Source of the DNA: an uncultured Nitriliruptoraceae bacterium
GTDB lineage: Bacteria > Actinomycetota > Nitriliruptoria > Nitriliruptorales > Nitriliruptoraceae
Direction: 5' to 3'
DNA length: 64,000 nucleotides
Assembly: GCA_913060655.1 (NCBI GenBank)
Contig: CAJXTG010000006.1
Coordinates: forward strand, 340-64,339
The notes under the pieces are model-generated. The model saw only the letters and a list, made by a program, of their open reading frames with translations, made no database searches and was not told where the DNA came from. The position numbers were made by a program, and so were the translations under genes. How positions within the stretch are numbered: the stretch's first letter is position 1; each line of letters opens with the position of its first letter. This document shows, in pieces, positions 48,285-57,329 of the stretch.

Positions 48285-49220
48285 ATGGCCACGACGCCCC
48301 AGCACGTCGCCGCCGGCAAGGTGCGCGACCTCTACGCCGCCGGCGACGACGAGCTGCTGCTCGTCGCCAGCGACCGCATCTCCACCTACGACGTCGTCCA
48401 CCCCACCCCGGTGCCCGACAAGGGCCGCATCCTCACCGGCCTGTCCGCGTTCTGGTTCGACCGGCTCGCCGACCTCACCCCCCACCATCTCCTCGCCGCC
48501 CGCGGTCCGGCCGTCACCGCCGGCCTCGACGTCGCCGCCGCCGGCCTCGACGCGGCCGACCTCGCCGGCCGGACGATGCGCGTCCGGCGCACCCGCGTCG
48601 TCCCCTTCGAGTGCGTCGTCCGCGGCCACCTCGCCGGCTCCGGCTGGGTCGACTACCAGCGGACCGGGGCGGTGTGCGGCATCCCCCTGCCGGCCGGGCT
48701 GCGCGAGGCCGACCCGCTGCCGGAGCCGCTGTTCACGCCGGCGACCAAGGCGGCGCGCGGCGCGCACGACGAGAACGTCCCCTTCGACGCGCTCGTCGAC
48801 ACGCTCGGCGCGCCGCTGGCCGACGAGCTGCGACGCCGCTCCCTCGCGATCCACGCGGCCGGTGCCGAACACGCCGCCGCCGTCGGGCTGATCCTCGCCG
48901 ACACCAAGCTCGAGTTCGGCCTCGTCGACGACGGCGACGGGGAGGAGCTGCTGCTCGTCGACGAGGTGCTCACCCCCGACTCGTCGCGCTACTGGCCGGC
49001 GGACCGCTGGGAGCCCGGCGGCTCACCCCCGAGCTTCGACAAGCAGTACGTCCGCGACCACGTGTCCGCCACCGGGTGGGACCGCACCCCACCGGGCCCT
49101 GCGCTGCCCGACGACGTCGTCGCCGCCACCCGCGCCCGGTACGTCGAGGCGTACGAGCGGCTCACCGGCGACCCGTTCGCCGCCTGGTGGCCGGGTCGGC
49201 CGCAGGACCACGCCGGCTAG
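48285..49220 (+). CDS. purC: phosphoribosylaminoimidazole-succinocarboxamide synthase
   Basis: Motifs seen are [29 protein letters not shown] and [18 protein letters not shown] lies 4 nt upstream of ATG 48285. Confidence 0.95.
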   Translation: MATTPQHVAAGKVRDLYAAGDDELLLVASDRISTYDVVHPTPVPDKGRILTGLSAFWFDRLADLTPHHLLAARGPAVTAGLDVAAAGLDAADLAGRTMRVRRTRVVPFECVVRGHLAGSGWVDYQRTGAVCGIPLPAGLREADPLPEPLFTPATKAARGAHDENVPFDALVDTLGAPLADELRRRSLAIHAAGAEHAAAVGLILADTKLEFGLVDDGDGEELLLVDEVLTPDSSRYWPADRWEPGGSPPSFDKQYVRDHVSATGWDRTPPGPALPDDVVAATRARYVEAYERLTGDPFAAWWPGRPQDHAG

Positions 49221-49268
49221 ATTCCCCGCCGGCCGGCGTCCGTCCGGCGTCCGCCCTGCGAGGCCCCG

Positions 49269-49799
49269 ATGTCCCTGTCCGACCCGCTCGCCCCCGTCGT
49301 CCTCGGCGTCGCCGTCGTCGCCGGCCTGCTCGTCGTGGCCGTCGTCATCCTCGCCCTGCGGCTGCGCCGGCTCGCCCGCGACCAGCGGCGCGCCCTCGAC
49401 GGCGTCGACGTCGACGTCGTCGCGACGCTCGCCCGGCTGCGCCGCCGCCTCGACGAGCTCGACGAGGCCGTCGCCGCGGCCCGCGCCCACTCGGAGGGCG
49501 TCGCCGAGGACGTGACCCGCACGCTCAGCCGCGTCGGCGTCGTCCGGTACGACGCCTACGACGACATCGGCGGCCAGCAGTCGTTCTCCGCCGCCGTCCT
49601 CGACGCGCACGGCGACGGGGTCGTGCTCACGTCGATCACCGGCCGCACCGACGGCCGCACCTACCTGAAGTCGATCGCCGCCGGTGCGGCGGCCGTCGTG
49701 CTGTCCGATGAGGAGGCGGCCGCGGTGGCCGCCGCCCGCGAACAGCCCCGCAGCGAGCAGGTCACCGAGGCCGGCAAGCGCGCCTGGCGGCAGCGCTGA
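49269..49799 (+). CDS. DUF4446 family membrane-anchored protein
   Basis: An N-terminal TM segment and a coiled region are followed by VGVVRYDAYDDIGGQQSFSAAVLDAHGDGVVLTSI, which is typical of DUF4446. Confidence 0.8.
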   Translation: MSLSDPLAPVVLGVAVVAGLLVVAVVILALRLRRLARDQRRALDGVDVDVVATLARLRRRLDELDEAVAAARAHSEGVAEDVTRTLSRVGVVRYDAYDDIGGQQSFSAAVLDAHGDGVVLTSITGRTDGRTYLKSIAAGAAAVVLSDEEAAAVAAAREQPRSEQVTEAGKRAWRQR

Positions 49800-49829
49800 C
49801 CGCCCGCGGTGGCCGGAGAGGAGCGCACC

Positions 49830-50777
49830 ATGGCATCCGGTGACGAAGCCGTCGCCTACCTCGGTCCGGCCGGGACGTTCACGGAGACGGCCGCCCGGAT
49901 GCTCGGCCTCGGTGAGGACGCGTCGGCGCTCGTGCCGTGCCGCGACGTGCTCGAGGTCCTCCGGACCGTCGAGCGGGGCGACGCCGCACGCGGTGTCATC
50001 CCGATCGAGAACACGTTGGAGGGGTCGGTGACCGCGACGCTCGACGCGCTCGCGTTCGAGACGGAGCTGCTCATCCACGGCGAGCTCGAGCTGCCCGTCA
50101 ACCTCGTGCTCGCCGCGCCACCCGGTGCGACCCTCGAGACGCTCACGGCCGTCCGCTCCCACGTCGTCGCCCTCGGCGCGTCACGCCGCTGGCTCGCCGA
50201 ACGGCTGCCGGACGTCGAACAGCTGCCGTCGGCGTCGACCGCACGGGCCGCGCAGGAGGTCGCCGAGCTCGGCCCGGCGCACGCCGCCGTCGTCAACCCG
50301 CTGGCCGCCGAGCGTTACGGCCTCGAGGTCCTCGCCGAGGGGCTCGCCGACCGCACCGGCAACATGACCCGGTTCGTCATCGTCGGCGACCACGTCCCGC
50401 CGGCGACCGGCTGGGACAAGACGTCGCTCGTCGTGTTCATCGACACGAACCGGCCGGGCGCGCTGCTGCAGCTGCTCGAGGTGTTCGCCGCCCGCGAGCT
50501 CAACCTCACCAAGATCGAGTCCCGTCCGACGAAGACGGAGCTCGGCGAGTACTGCTTCTTCGTCGACGTCGAGGGGCACCTCAGCGACGAGCGGGTCGGG
50601 GACGCGCTCGCGACGGTGAAGCGCACCCAGCGGGACGTCCGCCTGCTCGGCTCCTACCGCCGTTCCGGCGCGCGGCAGCGTGACGAGGCGGCCCGCATCG
50701 AGCGGGACGACGCCGCCTACCGCGCAGCGGCCGCATGGCTCGCCGGCTGGCGCGAACGGGCCGCGTCGGGCACCTGA
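49830..50777 (+). CDS. pheA: prephenate dehydratase
   Basis: Motifs seen are VAYLGPAGTFTE, IPIENTLEGSV and TRF, plus the ACT domain with ESRPT. ATG 49830 follows GAGAGGAG. Confidence 0.93.
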   Translation: MASGDEAVAYLGPAGTFTETAARMLGLGEDASALVPCRDVLEVLRTVERGDAARGVIPIENTLEGSVTATLDALAFETELLIHGELELPVNLVLAAPPGATLETLTAVRSHVVALGASRRWLAERLPDVEQLPSASTARAAQEVAELGPAHAAVVNPLAAERYGLEVLAEGLADRTGNMTRFVIVGDHVPPATGWDKTSLVVFIDTNRPGALLQLLEVFAARELNLTKIESRPTKTELGEYCFFVDVEGHLSDERVGDALATVKRTQRDVRLLGSYRRSGARQRDEAARIERDDAAYRAAAAWLAGWRERAASGT

Positions 50778-50831
50778 GCCCGCTGGTACCCTTCGTCCGT
50801 CGTCGACGTCCTCCGGACGCGGCGGGCGCCT

Positions 50832-50921
50832 GGAGGCTTCGCCTAGTCTGGTCTATGGCGCGGGATTGCTAATCCCGTTGGGGGCCTGTCCCCCTCGAGG
50901 GTTCAAATCCCTCAGCCTCCG
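50832..50921 (+). tRNA. tRNA-Ser (anticodon GCU)
   Basis: A 90-nt class II tRNA fits: acceptor ggaggct/agcctcc, anticodon stem cggga/tcccg with loop ttGCTaa, a long variable arm, and T-loop ttcaaat. Confidence 0.9.
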
Positions 50922-50945
50922 CCGGTGACAACCGAAGAACGACCT

Positions 50946-51020
50946 GCGCGGGTAGCTCAGTCCGGATAGAGCACCTGACTACGGATCAGGCGGCCGGGGG
51001 TTCGAATCCCTCCCCGCGCG
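50946..51020 (+). tRNA. tRNA-Arg (anticodon ACG)
   Basis: A 75-nt cloverleaf fits: acceptor gcgcggg/cccgcgc, D-arm gctc-agtccggata-gagc, anticodon stem cctga/tcagg with loop ctACGga, and T-loop ttcgaat. Confidence 0.9.
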
Positions 51021-51882
51021 CGACCACCTCCGCCGACGCTCCGGGCGCGGCATCCGCGGCTGCGACGTCGGCCGGACGACCCGACGCTCGCCGCCGGTGC
51101 ACCGTCACGTCGACCCGGCCCTCCGCATCGACCGCCGTCGTCGCCTCCACGCCCCACCAGCGTCCGATCGCGTCGGGGGTGAGCACCGCCGCCGGTGTCC
51201 CGTGGGCGACGAGCCGCCCGTCGTGCAGCACGGCCAGCCGGTCGCCGAACTGGCCGGCGACGGACAGGTCGTGCAGCGTCGTGACGACGGTCAGCCCGCG
51301 CTCCTCCCGCAGCTCGGCGAGCAGCTCGAGGATCTCGAACTGGTGGCCGAGGTCGAGCGCCGCCGTCGGTTCGTCGAGCAGCAGCGTCGGCGCGTCGGCG
51401 ACGAGCGCACGGGCCAGCACGACCCGCTGACGTTCCCCACCGGACAGCGACGGCACGTCACGCGCGGCGAAGCGCTCGAGGTCGAGCCGCTGCAGGACGG
51501 CGAGGGTGCGACGCCGGTCGTCGAGCGACGCGGACAGGCGCAGCCCCTGATGGGCGGTGCGTCCGAGCAGCACGTACTCGAACGCGCTGATGCCCGGCGG
51601 CACGATCGGGGTCTGGGGGACGACGGCGACGTGACGGGCGCGGTCCCGGGGTCGGCGGACCGTCGTACCGGTGAGCGCGACCGTGCCGGTGTGGCGCACC
51701 GTGCCGGAGAGGGCCCGCACCAGGGTCGTCTTCCCCGCACCGTTCGGGCCGAGCAGCGCGAGCCACTCGCCCTCGGCGATGTCGAGGTCCACCTGCGACA
51801 GGACCGGCGTGCCGCCGATCGTGACGCCCAGCCCGCGGGCGCGCAGCGCCAGCGGGGTCGGGAGGTCCGCGTCGGCGCTCAT
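50986..51882 (-). CDS. ABC transporter ATP-binding protein (iron-chelate/cobalamin FecE-BtuD type)
   Basis: Walker A GPNGAGKTT, signature LSGGERQRV and Walker B LLLDEP are present. The start is set to ATG 51882. The last 35 nt of the ORF are antisense to tRNA-Arg. Confidence 0.88.
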   Translation of the reverse strand: MSADADLPTPLALRARGLGVTIGGTPVLSQVDLDIAEGEWLALLGPNGAGKTTLVRALSGTVRHTGTVALTGTTVRRPRDRARHVAVVPQTPIVPPGISAFEYVLLGRTAHQGLRLSASLDDRRRTLAVLQRLDLERFAARDVPSLSGGERQRVVLARALVADAPTLLLDEPTAALDLGHQFEILELLAELREERGLTVVTTLHDLSVAGQFGDRLAVLHDGRLVAHGTPAAVLTPDAIGRWWGVEATTAVDAEGRVDVTVHRRRASGRPADVAAADAAPGASAEVVARGEGFEPPAA

Positions 51883-52976
51883 GCGCGACCCTGCTGCGAG
51901 CGGAGGATGAGGAGGAACGCGGGCGCGCCGACGAACGCGGTGATGACGCCGATCGGCAGCTCCGCCGGCGCCTGCACGGTGCGGGCGGCGACGTCGGCGA
52001 GGGCGAGGAACGCGGCGCCGAACAGCATCGACAGGGGGATGACCCGCCGGTTGCGGGTGCCGGCCAGCAGGCGCACCCCGTGGGGGACGATCAGCCCGAC
52101 GAACCCGATGAGCCCGCTGACGGCGACGGCCGTCGCCGTCGCGAGCGACGCGACCGTCAGCACGAGCGCCCGGGTCACCCCCGGCCGGATCCCCAGCGTC
52201 GTCGCCTCCTCGTCGCCGACGGCGAGCACGTCGATCGCGCCGGAGGCGAGCACCAGCACGACGGCGCTGACGACGAGCACCGGCAGGACGAGGCGGACCT
52301 CCGCCCAGCCGACCGTCGACAGCCGTCCGAGCAGCCACCCGTACACCGCGCGCAGCGAGTCCGCGTGCCGCTGCAGCAGGTAGGTCTGCACCGCGGCGAG
52401 CAGCGCGGCGACCGCGACGCCGGCGAGGATGAGCGCCGCCGGCCCGGCCGGGCGACCGCGACGCAGGCTCAGCCCGGCGGTGACGACCACCGCGGCGATC
52501 GCGCCGGCGAACGCGGCGGCGGGCAGCGCGAACCCGCCCGCGAGCGTCGCCGTCCCCGTCACGATGGCGAGGGTCGCGCCGAGCCCCGCGCCGGCGGCGA
52601 CCCCGAGCAGGTACGGGTCGGCCAGCGGGTTGCGGAACACGCCCTGGTAGGCCGCACCGGAGCCGGACAGGAGCGCCCCGACGGCGAGGCCGAGCAGCAC
52701 GCGCGGCCAGCGGATCTCGAACAGGATCGTCAGGCTGCTCGCGCCGAGACCGTGCTCGACCGTCGTCCACGGCAGCCGGTCGAGCAGCGCCCCGACCGTC
52801 GCGCCCACCGGCAGGTCGACGGGGCCGACGACGAGCCCGACGAGCGCGGCGACGACGGCCGCGCCGACGCCGGCCGCGACCAGCGGGACGGTGAGGTCCC
52901 GCGGCCGCGGCGGCACCACCCGGTCACGGTCGTCGACCGTCACCGAAGGTGTCACCGCCGCGGCCGGGACGCTCAT
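51879..52976 (-). CDS. FecCD/BtuC-family ABC transporter permease
   Basis: The protein is polytopic, with RWPRVLLGLAVGALLSGSGAAYQGVFRNPLADPYLLG. Its stop overlaps the ATPase start (ATGA). Confidence 0.92.
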   Translation of the reverse strand: MSVPAAAVTPSVTVDDRDRVVPPRPRDLTVPLVAAGVGAAVVAALVGLVVGPVDLPVGATVGALLDRLPWTTVEHGLGASSLTILFEIRWPRVLLGLAVGALLSGSGAAYQGVFRNPLADPYLLGVAAGAGLGATLAIVTGTATLAGGFALPAAAFAGAIAAVVVTAGLSLRRGRPAGPAALILAGVAVAALLAAVQTYLLQRHADSLRAVYGWLLGRLSTVGWAEVRLVLPVLVVSAVVLVLASGAIDVLAVGDEEATTLGIRPGVTRALVLTVASLATATAVAVSGLIGFVGLIVPHGVRLLAGTRNRRVIPLSMLFGAAFLALADVAARTVQAPAELPIGVITAFVGAPAFLLILRSQQGRA

Positions 52977-53986
52977 GCCGCGTCGGCCTCCGCGCCCGCG
53001 AGCTCGGTGACGGCCGCGCCGACCGCCTCGACGAACTCGACGATGCGTGGCCCCCAGCGGGACGGCACGTCCGGCGGCAGCGGGAACACGTTCCCGTCAC
53101 CGACCGCACGCAGCCCGCCGAGGCCGGGCAGTCCCGCGAACGTGTCCGGATCGGTGCCGGCGAGGAACACGAGGTCCGGGTCGGCGTCGACGAGGAACTC
53201 GGCGGACAGCTGCGGGTAGCCGAACGCCTCCCCGTCGGGGTCGGCCGGGTCGGCCACGTTCTCCAGCCCGAACAGGCCGTAGACGGAGCCGATGAACGTG
53301 TCGGAGGTGACGGTGAACAGGGTGGTGTCGACCAGGTGGAAGTACGTCGGCGTCTCGGCCAGCTGCGGGACGGCGGCGACCGCGGCGTCGATGCGGTCCT
53401 CGAGCGTGCGGATGACGTCCGTCGCCGTGTCGGTGTTGCCCGTCACGGTCCCGAGCACCCCCAGCTGCGCGAGGGCCCCATCGACGTCGACGGCGGCATC
53501 GAGGATGAGCACGGGCACGCCGGTCGCCTCGAGCGAGGCGACGAGGTCGCCGGGGTCGTAGGAGACGACGACGAGGTCCGGGTCGTAGGCGACGATGGCC
53601 TCGACGTTCGGCGTGAAGCCGCTGAGGTCCGTCGTCGGCGCCTCAGCGGGGAAGTCCGAGTACTCGTCGACGGCGACGACCTGCGGGCCGGCGCCGATCG
53701 CGAAGAGGCCCTCGGTGGAGGAGGGGGAGAGGGAGACGATGCGCTCGGGTCGGGACTCGAGCGTCAGCGTCCTGCCGTACACCTCGTAGTCGACGAGCGG
53801 GAAGCCGTCGTCCGGTTCGGGTTCGGGCGCCGGGTCGGGCTCGGGTTCGGGCGCCGGCGTCTCGACCGGCGCGGGTTCTGATGATGCGGACTCGGTGGCG
53901 GTCTCGTCAGCGCACCCAGCGGTGAGCAGCGAGATCGACGCGATGGTGGCGGCGGCCACGACGAGTCGGCGGCGTGCGTGTCGCAT
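52973..53986 (-). CDS. ABC transporter periplasmic substrate-binding lipoprotein (BtuF/FecB-like)
   Basis: The lipobox is LLTAGC, followed by a Pro/Glu linker. The pattern PERIVSLSPSSTEGLFAIGAG..VVAVD is typical of the Peripla_BP_2 family. The start is set to ATG 53986 after GGAGG. Confidence 0.88.
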   Translation of the reverse strand: MRHARRRLVVAAATIASISLLTAGCADETATESASSEPAPVETPAPEPEPDPAPEPEPDDGFPLVDYEVYGRTLTLESRPERIVSLSPSSTEGLFAIGAGPQVVAVDEYSDFPAEAPTTDLSGFTPNVEAIVAYDPDLVVVSYDPGDLVASLEATGVPVLILDAAVDVDGALAQLGVLGTVTGNTDTATDVIRTLEDRIDAAVAAVPQLAETPTYFHLVDTTLFTVTSDTFIGSVYGLFGLENVADPADPDGEAFGYPQLSAEFLVDADPDLVFLAGTDPDTFAGLPGLGGLRAVGDGNVFPLPPDVPSRWGPRIVEFVEAVGAAVTELAGAEADAA

Positions 53987-53989
53987 GAT

Positions 53990-54232
53990 GCCTCCGGTTC
54001 GTCGGGGACCGGGAGGCACTTCCAGCCGAGCGGGACACACCGGTCCCGTCGTGCCGGTCGAACCGACCCCATGTCCTCGAGGGTCTGTGCGGTTCGCGAG
54101 GAGCGCGGTTCGACCGGACTCGCCGCCTCGGACGCCTCTCCTGGCGTCGCGGGCGGACCACCGTTGCGGGTCAGTGCCGGGATCCCACCGGACTTCGACC
54201 GTGCACCTGCCTCGCCGACCCTAGCGCAGTGC
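53990..54232 (-). promoter_or_regulatory. cobalamin riboswitch upstream of the binding-protein gene
   Basis: The minus strand reads GGTGCACGGTCGAAGTCCGGTGGGATCCCGGCACTGACCCGCAACGGTGG, which matches the conserved aptamer core as I recall it. About 40 nt downstream, AGTCCGGTCGAACCGCGC resembles the B12 box. The RBS GGAGG can pair with the upstream CCTCCCGGT. Confidence 0.7.
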
Positions 54233-54268
54233 CACCGGGCGCAGTGCTACCGGGCGCAGTGCTAGCGG
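54224..54268. repeat. 15-bp tandem repeat x3 at the 5' edge of the riboswitch
   Basis: The three units are gcgcagtgccaccgg, gcgcagtgctaccgg and gcgcagtgctagcgg. Confidence 0.85.
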
Positions 54269-54279
54269 GCGCGACGGCA

Positions 54280-54307
54280 CGGCGCACCCCGGCGGCACGG
54301 TGCGCCG
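54280..54307 (-). terminator. candidate terminator hairpin after the Yx(FWY)xxD lipoprotein gene
   Basis: A 9-bp stem cggcgcacc / ggtgcgccg with a 10-nt loop lies 14 nt beyond the stop at 54321. There is no U-tract. Confidence 0.4.
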
Positions 54308-54320
54308 GCACGGGGTGGGG

Positions 54321-54854
54321 TCAGTACGAGTAGCCGCCGGCGTCGCTCCCGCCGTCCGCGTCGTCGTCCATGCCGTCGTCCATGCCGCCGTCCGCGCCGG
54401 TGTCCGCACCGAGCGCCGTCCCGTCCGCGGCGACGAGGAACCAGACGTCGTTCACCCCCTGGCCGGCGGTGTCGCCCGGGGCCATGTCGCTCGCGAACCG
54501 GTACAGCGGCAGGTCCGCGTAGGTGACCTGCGTCGTGCCGTCGTCACGCGTCAGCGTGCCGAGCAGCGCCCCGTCGACCCCCGCACCGGCCGTCGGCGCC
54601 CCGTCGGTCGTCAGGGCGGGCCAGGCCTCGAGGCAGGCGCCGGTGCAGGTCGACGTCCCCGGCGTGTCGGCGGTGAACAGGTAGAGCGCCATGCCGTCCG
54701 CGTCGACGAGGAACGCACCGGCGTCCCCCTCGGCGAGGGCGACCTGCGCGCCCGTCGCGGCCGTCGTGGTGGTGTCGTCGGTCGTGCCGCCGCACGCGGC
54801 GAGCGCCAGCGCGCCGGCGGCGAGCAGGAGGATCCGTCGGGGGGAGGTGCGCAT
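54321..54854 (-). CDS. secreted lipoprotein with Yx(FWY)xxD repeat motif
   Basis: The lipobox is LALAACGG. Two copies of the motif are present (YLFTAD and YRFASD), along with C..AC...WP. The C-terminal tail is Asp/Gly-rich. Confidence 0.85.
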   Translation of the reverse strand: MRTSPRRILLLAAGALALAACGGTTDDTTTTAATGAQVALAEGDAGAFLVDADGMALYLFTADTPGTSTCTGACLEAWPALTTDGAPTAGAGVDGALLGTLTRDDGTTQVTYADLPLYRFASDMAPGDTAGQGVNDVWFLVAADGTALGADTGADGGMDDGMDDDADGGSDAGGYSY

Positions 54855-54937
54855 CGGTGCTCCGGGTCCGGGGGCTCGGGTCCTCGGTTCGTCGGGGAGC
54901 GGGGGTGTGGACGGGCCCCGCGGTTAGCCTGCGCCGG

Positions 54938-56200
54938 ATGATCGACCCGCGCCTGCTCACCGACGAGCCCGAGACGACCGCGGCGGCGCTCGCCCGTCGC
55001 GGCGTCGATGCGGACGCGCTCGTGCGACTGCGCGACCTCGACACCGCCCGGCGCGGCGCCATCGCCGCCCTCGACGCGGCGCGGGCCGAGCAGAAGGCCG
55101 CCTCGAAGGCGATCGGGCAGCGTCCTCCCGAGGAGCGTGAGGCCGCGATCGCCGAGGCGGCGGTGCTCAAGGAGCGGGTCGCCACGCTCGAGGCAGCGCG
55201 TGACGCGGCGGAGGCCGCCCACCGCGACGCCTTCGCCCGCATCCCCAACCTCCCGCACCCCGACGCGCCGGACGGTGACGAGGGCGACGGCGTCGTCGTG
55301 CGCACCGTGGGGGAGCGGCCGGCGCTCGACGGGGAGCCGCACGACCACGTGGCGCTCCTCGAGGGTGCGGACGCGCTCGACCTCGCACGGGGCGCGAAGG
55401 TGTCCGGCTCGCGCTTCGCCTACCTCAAGGGCGAGGGCGCGCTGCTCGAGCTCGCCCTGGTGCGCTACGCCGTCGACGTCGCGCAGGCGCACGGCCACGT
55501 CCCCGTCGTCCCGCCCGTGCTCGTGCGCGAACCGGCGATGTACGGCACCGGGTTCCTGCCGACCGACGAGCAGCAGCTGTTCGCGACCCGTGACGACGAG
55601 CTCTACCTCGTCGGCACGTCGGAGGTACCGCTCGCCGGGATGCACATGGACGAGGTGCTCGACCCCTCCGAGCTCCCGCTGCGCTACGCGGGCATCTCGC
55701 CGTGCTTCCGCCGCGAGGCCGGCGCGCACGGGAAGGACACGCGTGGCATCTTCCGCGTGCACCAGTTCGAGAAGGTCGAGCTGTTCAGCCTCGTCGCGCC
55801 CGACGACGGTGACGCCGAGCACGAGCGCATCCTCGCGACGCAGCTCGCGATCCTCGAGGGGCTCGGGCTGCACGCCCGCGTCGTCGACATCCCCGTCGGC
55901 GACCTCGGGGCGTCCGCGGCGCGCAAGTTCGACGTCGAGGCGTGGATCCCGTCGCAGGGCGCGTACCGCGAGGTCACGTCGTGCTCGGACACGACCGACT
56001 ACCAGGCGCGTCGGCTGCGCATCCGCATGCGGGTCGACGGCGGCGACAACACGCTCGTGCACACCCTCAACGGGACGGCCCTCGCGGTGCAGCGCACCAT
56101 CATCGCGCTCGTCGAGCAGCACCAGCGCGCCGACGGCAGCGTCGCCGTGCCCGACGCGCTCGTGCCCCACCTCGGCCGCGAGGTCCTCTTCGCCCGCTGA
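54938..56200 (+). CDS. serS: serine--tRNA ligase
   Basis: The N-terminal coiled coil begins MIDPRLL. Class II motifs seen are FRREAGAHGKDTRGIFRVHQFEKVE, and GTALAVQRT near the C-terminus. The start is set to ATG 54938. Confidence 0.96.
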   Translation: MIDPRLLTDEPETTAAALARRGVDADALVRLRDLDTARRGAIAALDAARAEQKAASKAIGQRPPEEREAAIAEAAVLKERVATLEAARDAAEAAHRDAFARIPNLPHPDAPDGDEGDGVVVRTVGERPALDGEPHDHVALLEGADALDLARGAKVSGSRFAYLKGEGALLELALVRYAVDVAQAHGHVPVVPPVLVREPAMYGTGFLPTDEQQLFATRDDELYLVGTSEVPLAGMHMDEVLDPSELPLRYAGISPCFRREAGAHGKDTRGIFRVHQFEKVELFSLVAPDDGDAEHERILATQLAILEGLGLHARVVDIPVGDLGASAARKFDVEAWIPSQGAYREVTSCSDTTDYQARRLRIRMRVDGGDNTLVHTLNGTALAVQRTIIALVEQHQRADGSVAVPDALVPHLGREVLFAR

Positions 56201-56244
56201 GCCGCAGCTGCGCAGGTCGTCGCTGGCCTAGCCTCAGCGTCCTC

Positions 56245-56331
56245 GGAGGGTTGGCAGAGCGGACGATTGCACCGGTCTTGAAAACCGGCGTGCCTTCACG
56301 GGCACCGGGGGTTCGAATCCCTCACCCTCCG
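56245..56331 (+). tRNA. tRNA-Ser (anticodon UGA)
   Basis: An 87-nt class II tRNA fits: acceptor ggagggt/accctcc, anticodon stem ccggt/accgg with loop ctTGAaa, a long variable arm, and T-loop ttcgaat. Confidence 0.9.
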
Positions 56332-56375
56332 CCGCGACGCAGGCCGCCGCGACGCAGGCCGCCGCGACGCAGGCC
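56331..56375. repeat. perfect 15-bp tandem repeat x3 starting at the tRNA-Ser discriminator base
   Basis: gccgcgacgcaggcc occurs at 56331, 56346 and 56361, followed by a partial fourth unit. Confidence 0.9.
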
Positions 56376-56399
56376 GCGACGGCCGGCGTGTCGCCACGG

Positions 56400-57329
56400 T
56401 CAGCCCGCGCGGAACTCCTCGGGCAGACGGCCGGTCGCGGCCGCCTCGGCGACGATGTCGTACGTCTCGTCCTCGAGGAACACGACCGACGCGGCGCCGA
56501 CGGTGCCGACGCGGGACGGGGCGAGGACGTTCTCGACGTTCGCCGGGTCGAGCCGCAGCGCGTCGAGCCCCAGGCGGGTCAGCTGCGGCAGGGTCAGGTC
56601 CGTCGCCGAGTGGCGGCGCAGGATGCGCAGCGCGTCCATCATGCGGGCGATGGAGCCGTCCGCCTTCAGCTCGGCGTGCGCGGCGGCGAGCAGCTCCGCC
56701 TGGCTCTCCGAGCGGGTGAAGTCACCCTCGGCGCGCAGCTTGCGGTTGCGGGCGATCGTCAGCGCCTCGAAGCCGGAGAGCTGCTGCTCACCGGCCTCCT
56801 CGATGGCGAACCCGCCGCAGCCGGAGGAGCAGGTGAAGTCCACGTCGTAGGTCAGCCCGCGCGTGCAGCCGCGGGACAGCTCCGGGTCGCCGATGTCGCA
56901 GCCGACGAACTCGTTGACCGCGTCGGCGAAGCCCCACATCGAGGTCGCGAAGTAGGCGTCGACCTCGATCTGGAACACGTCCTCGACGGTCGCGACGCAG
57001 TTCTCCGGCCCCGACGTCATGCAGGCGTTGATCTTCGTCTCGCCGAGCCCGGTGACGGGCACCCACGAGTCGCGCGGGAAGGAGACGAACGTCGCGCGGT
57101 CGCGCTCCTGCGACACGAACAGCAGCTGGAAGCCGTCCGCACGGCCCGTCAGCGGGTCGCCGTCGCGCGGCGGACCCTCGTCGCTGCCGAGCAGGAGGAT
57201 CGCGAGCGGCCGGTCCGTCGACGGGCCGACGGCGGTGATGCGCTCCATGGCGAACAGTCCGACGAACGGCAGCACGACCATGGCGCCGACGACGAGCATG
57301 ATGACGGTGCGGCGGGTGCGGTTGGTCAC
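56400..57329 (-). CDS. LytR-CpsA-Psr (LCP) family protein, second paralog
   Basis: An N-terminal TM segment precedes LLLGSDEG...GRADGFQLLFVS...SFPRDSWVPV...INAC...TSMWGFADAVNEF. A Cys-rich insertion (GCDIGDPELSRGCTRG...FTCSSGCGG) is also present. Confidence 0.85.
   Translation of the reverse strand: MTNRTRRTVIMLVVGAMVVLPFVGLFAMERITAVGPSTDRPLAILLLGSDEGPPRDGDPLTGRADGFQLLFVSQERDRATFVSFPRDSWVPVTGLGETKINACMTSGPENCVATVEDVFQIEVDAYFATSMWGFADAVNEFVGCDIGDPELSRGCTRGLTYDVDFTCSSGCGGFAIEEAGEQQLSGFEALTIARNRKLRAEGDFTRSESQAELLAAAHAELKADGSIARMMDALRILRRHSATDLTLPQLTRLGLDALRLDPANVENVLAPSRVGTVGAASVVFLEDETYDIVAEAAATGRLPEEFRAG

Noticed and set aside
54224-54268. CRISPR-like interpretation of the short tandem repeats (also at 14413, 36658 and 56331).
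   Set aside because: The units are directly adjacent with no spacers, have only 2-3 copies and are 14-27 bp long. No cas genes are present in the window.
54855-54937. T-box leader upstream of serS.
   Set aside because: The gap is only 83 bp, which is too short for a T-box. No specifier-loop or T-box sequence is recognisable.
56332-56399. Integrated mobile element at the tRNA-Ser 3' end.
   Set aside because: No integrase, no compositional shift and no second att-like copy are seen. The downstream genes are core envelope genes.
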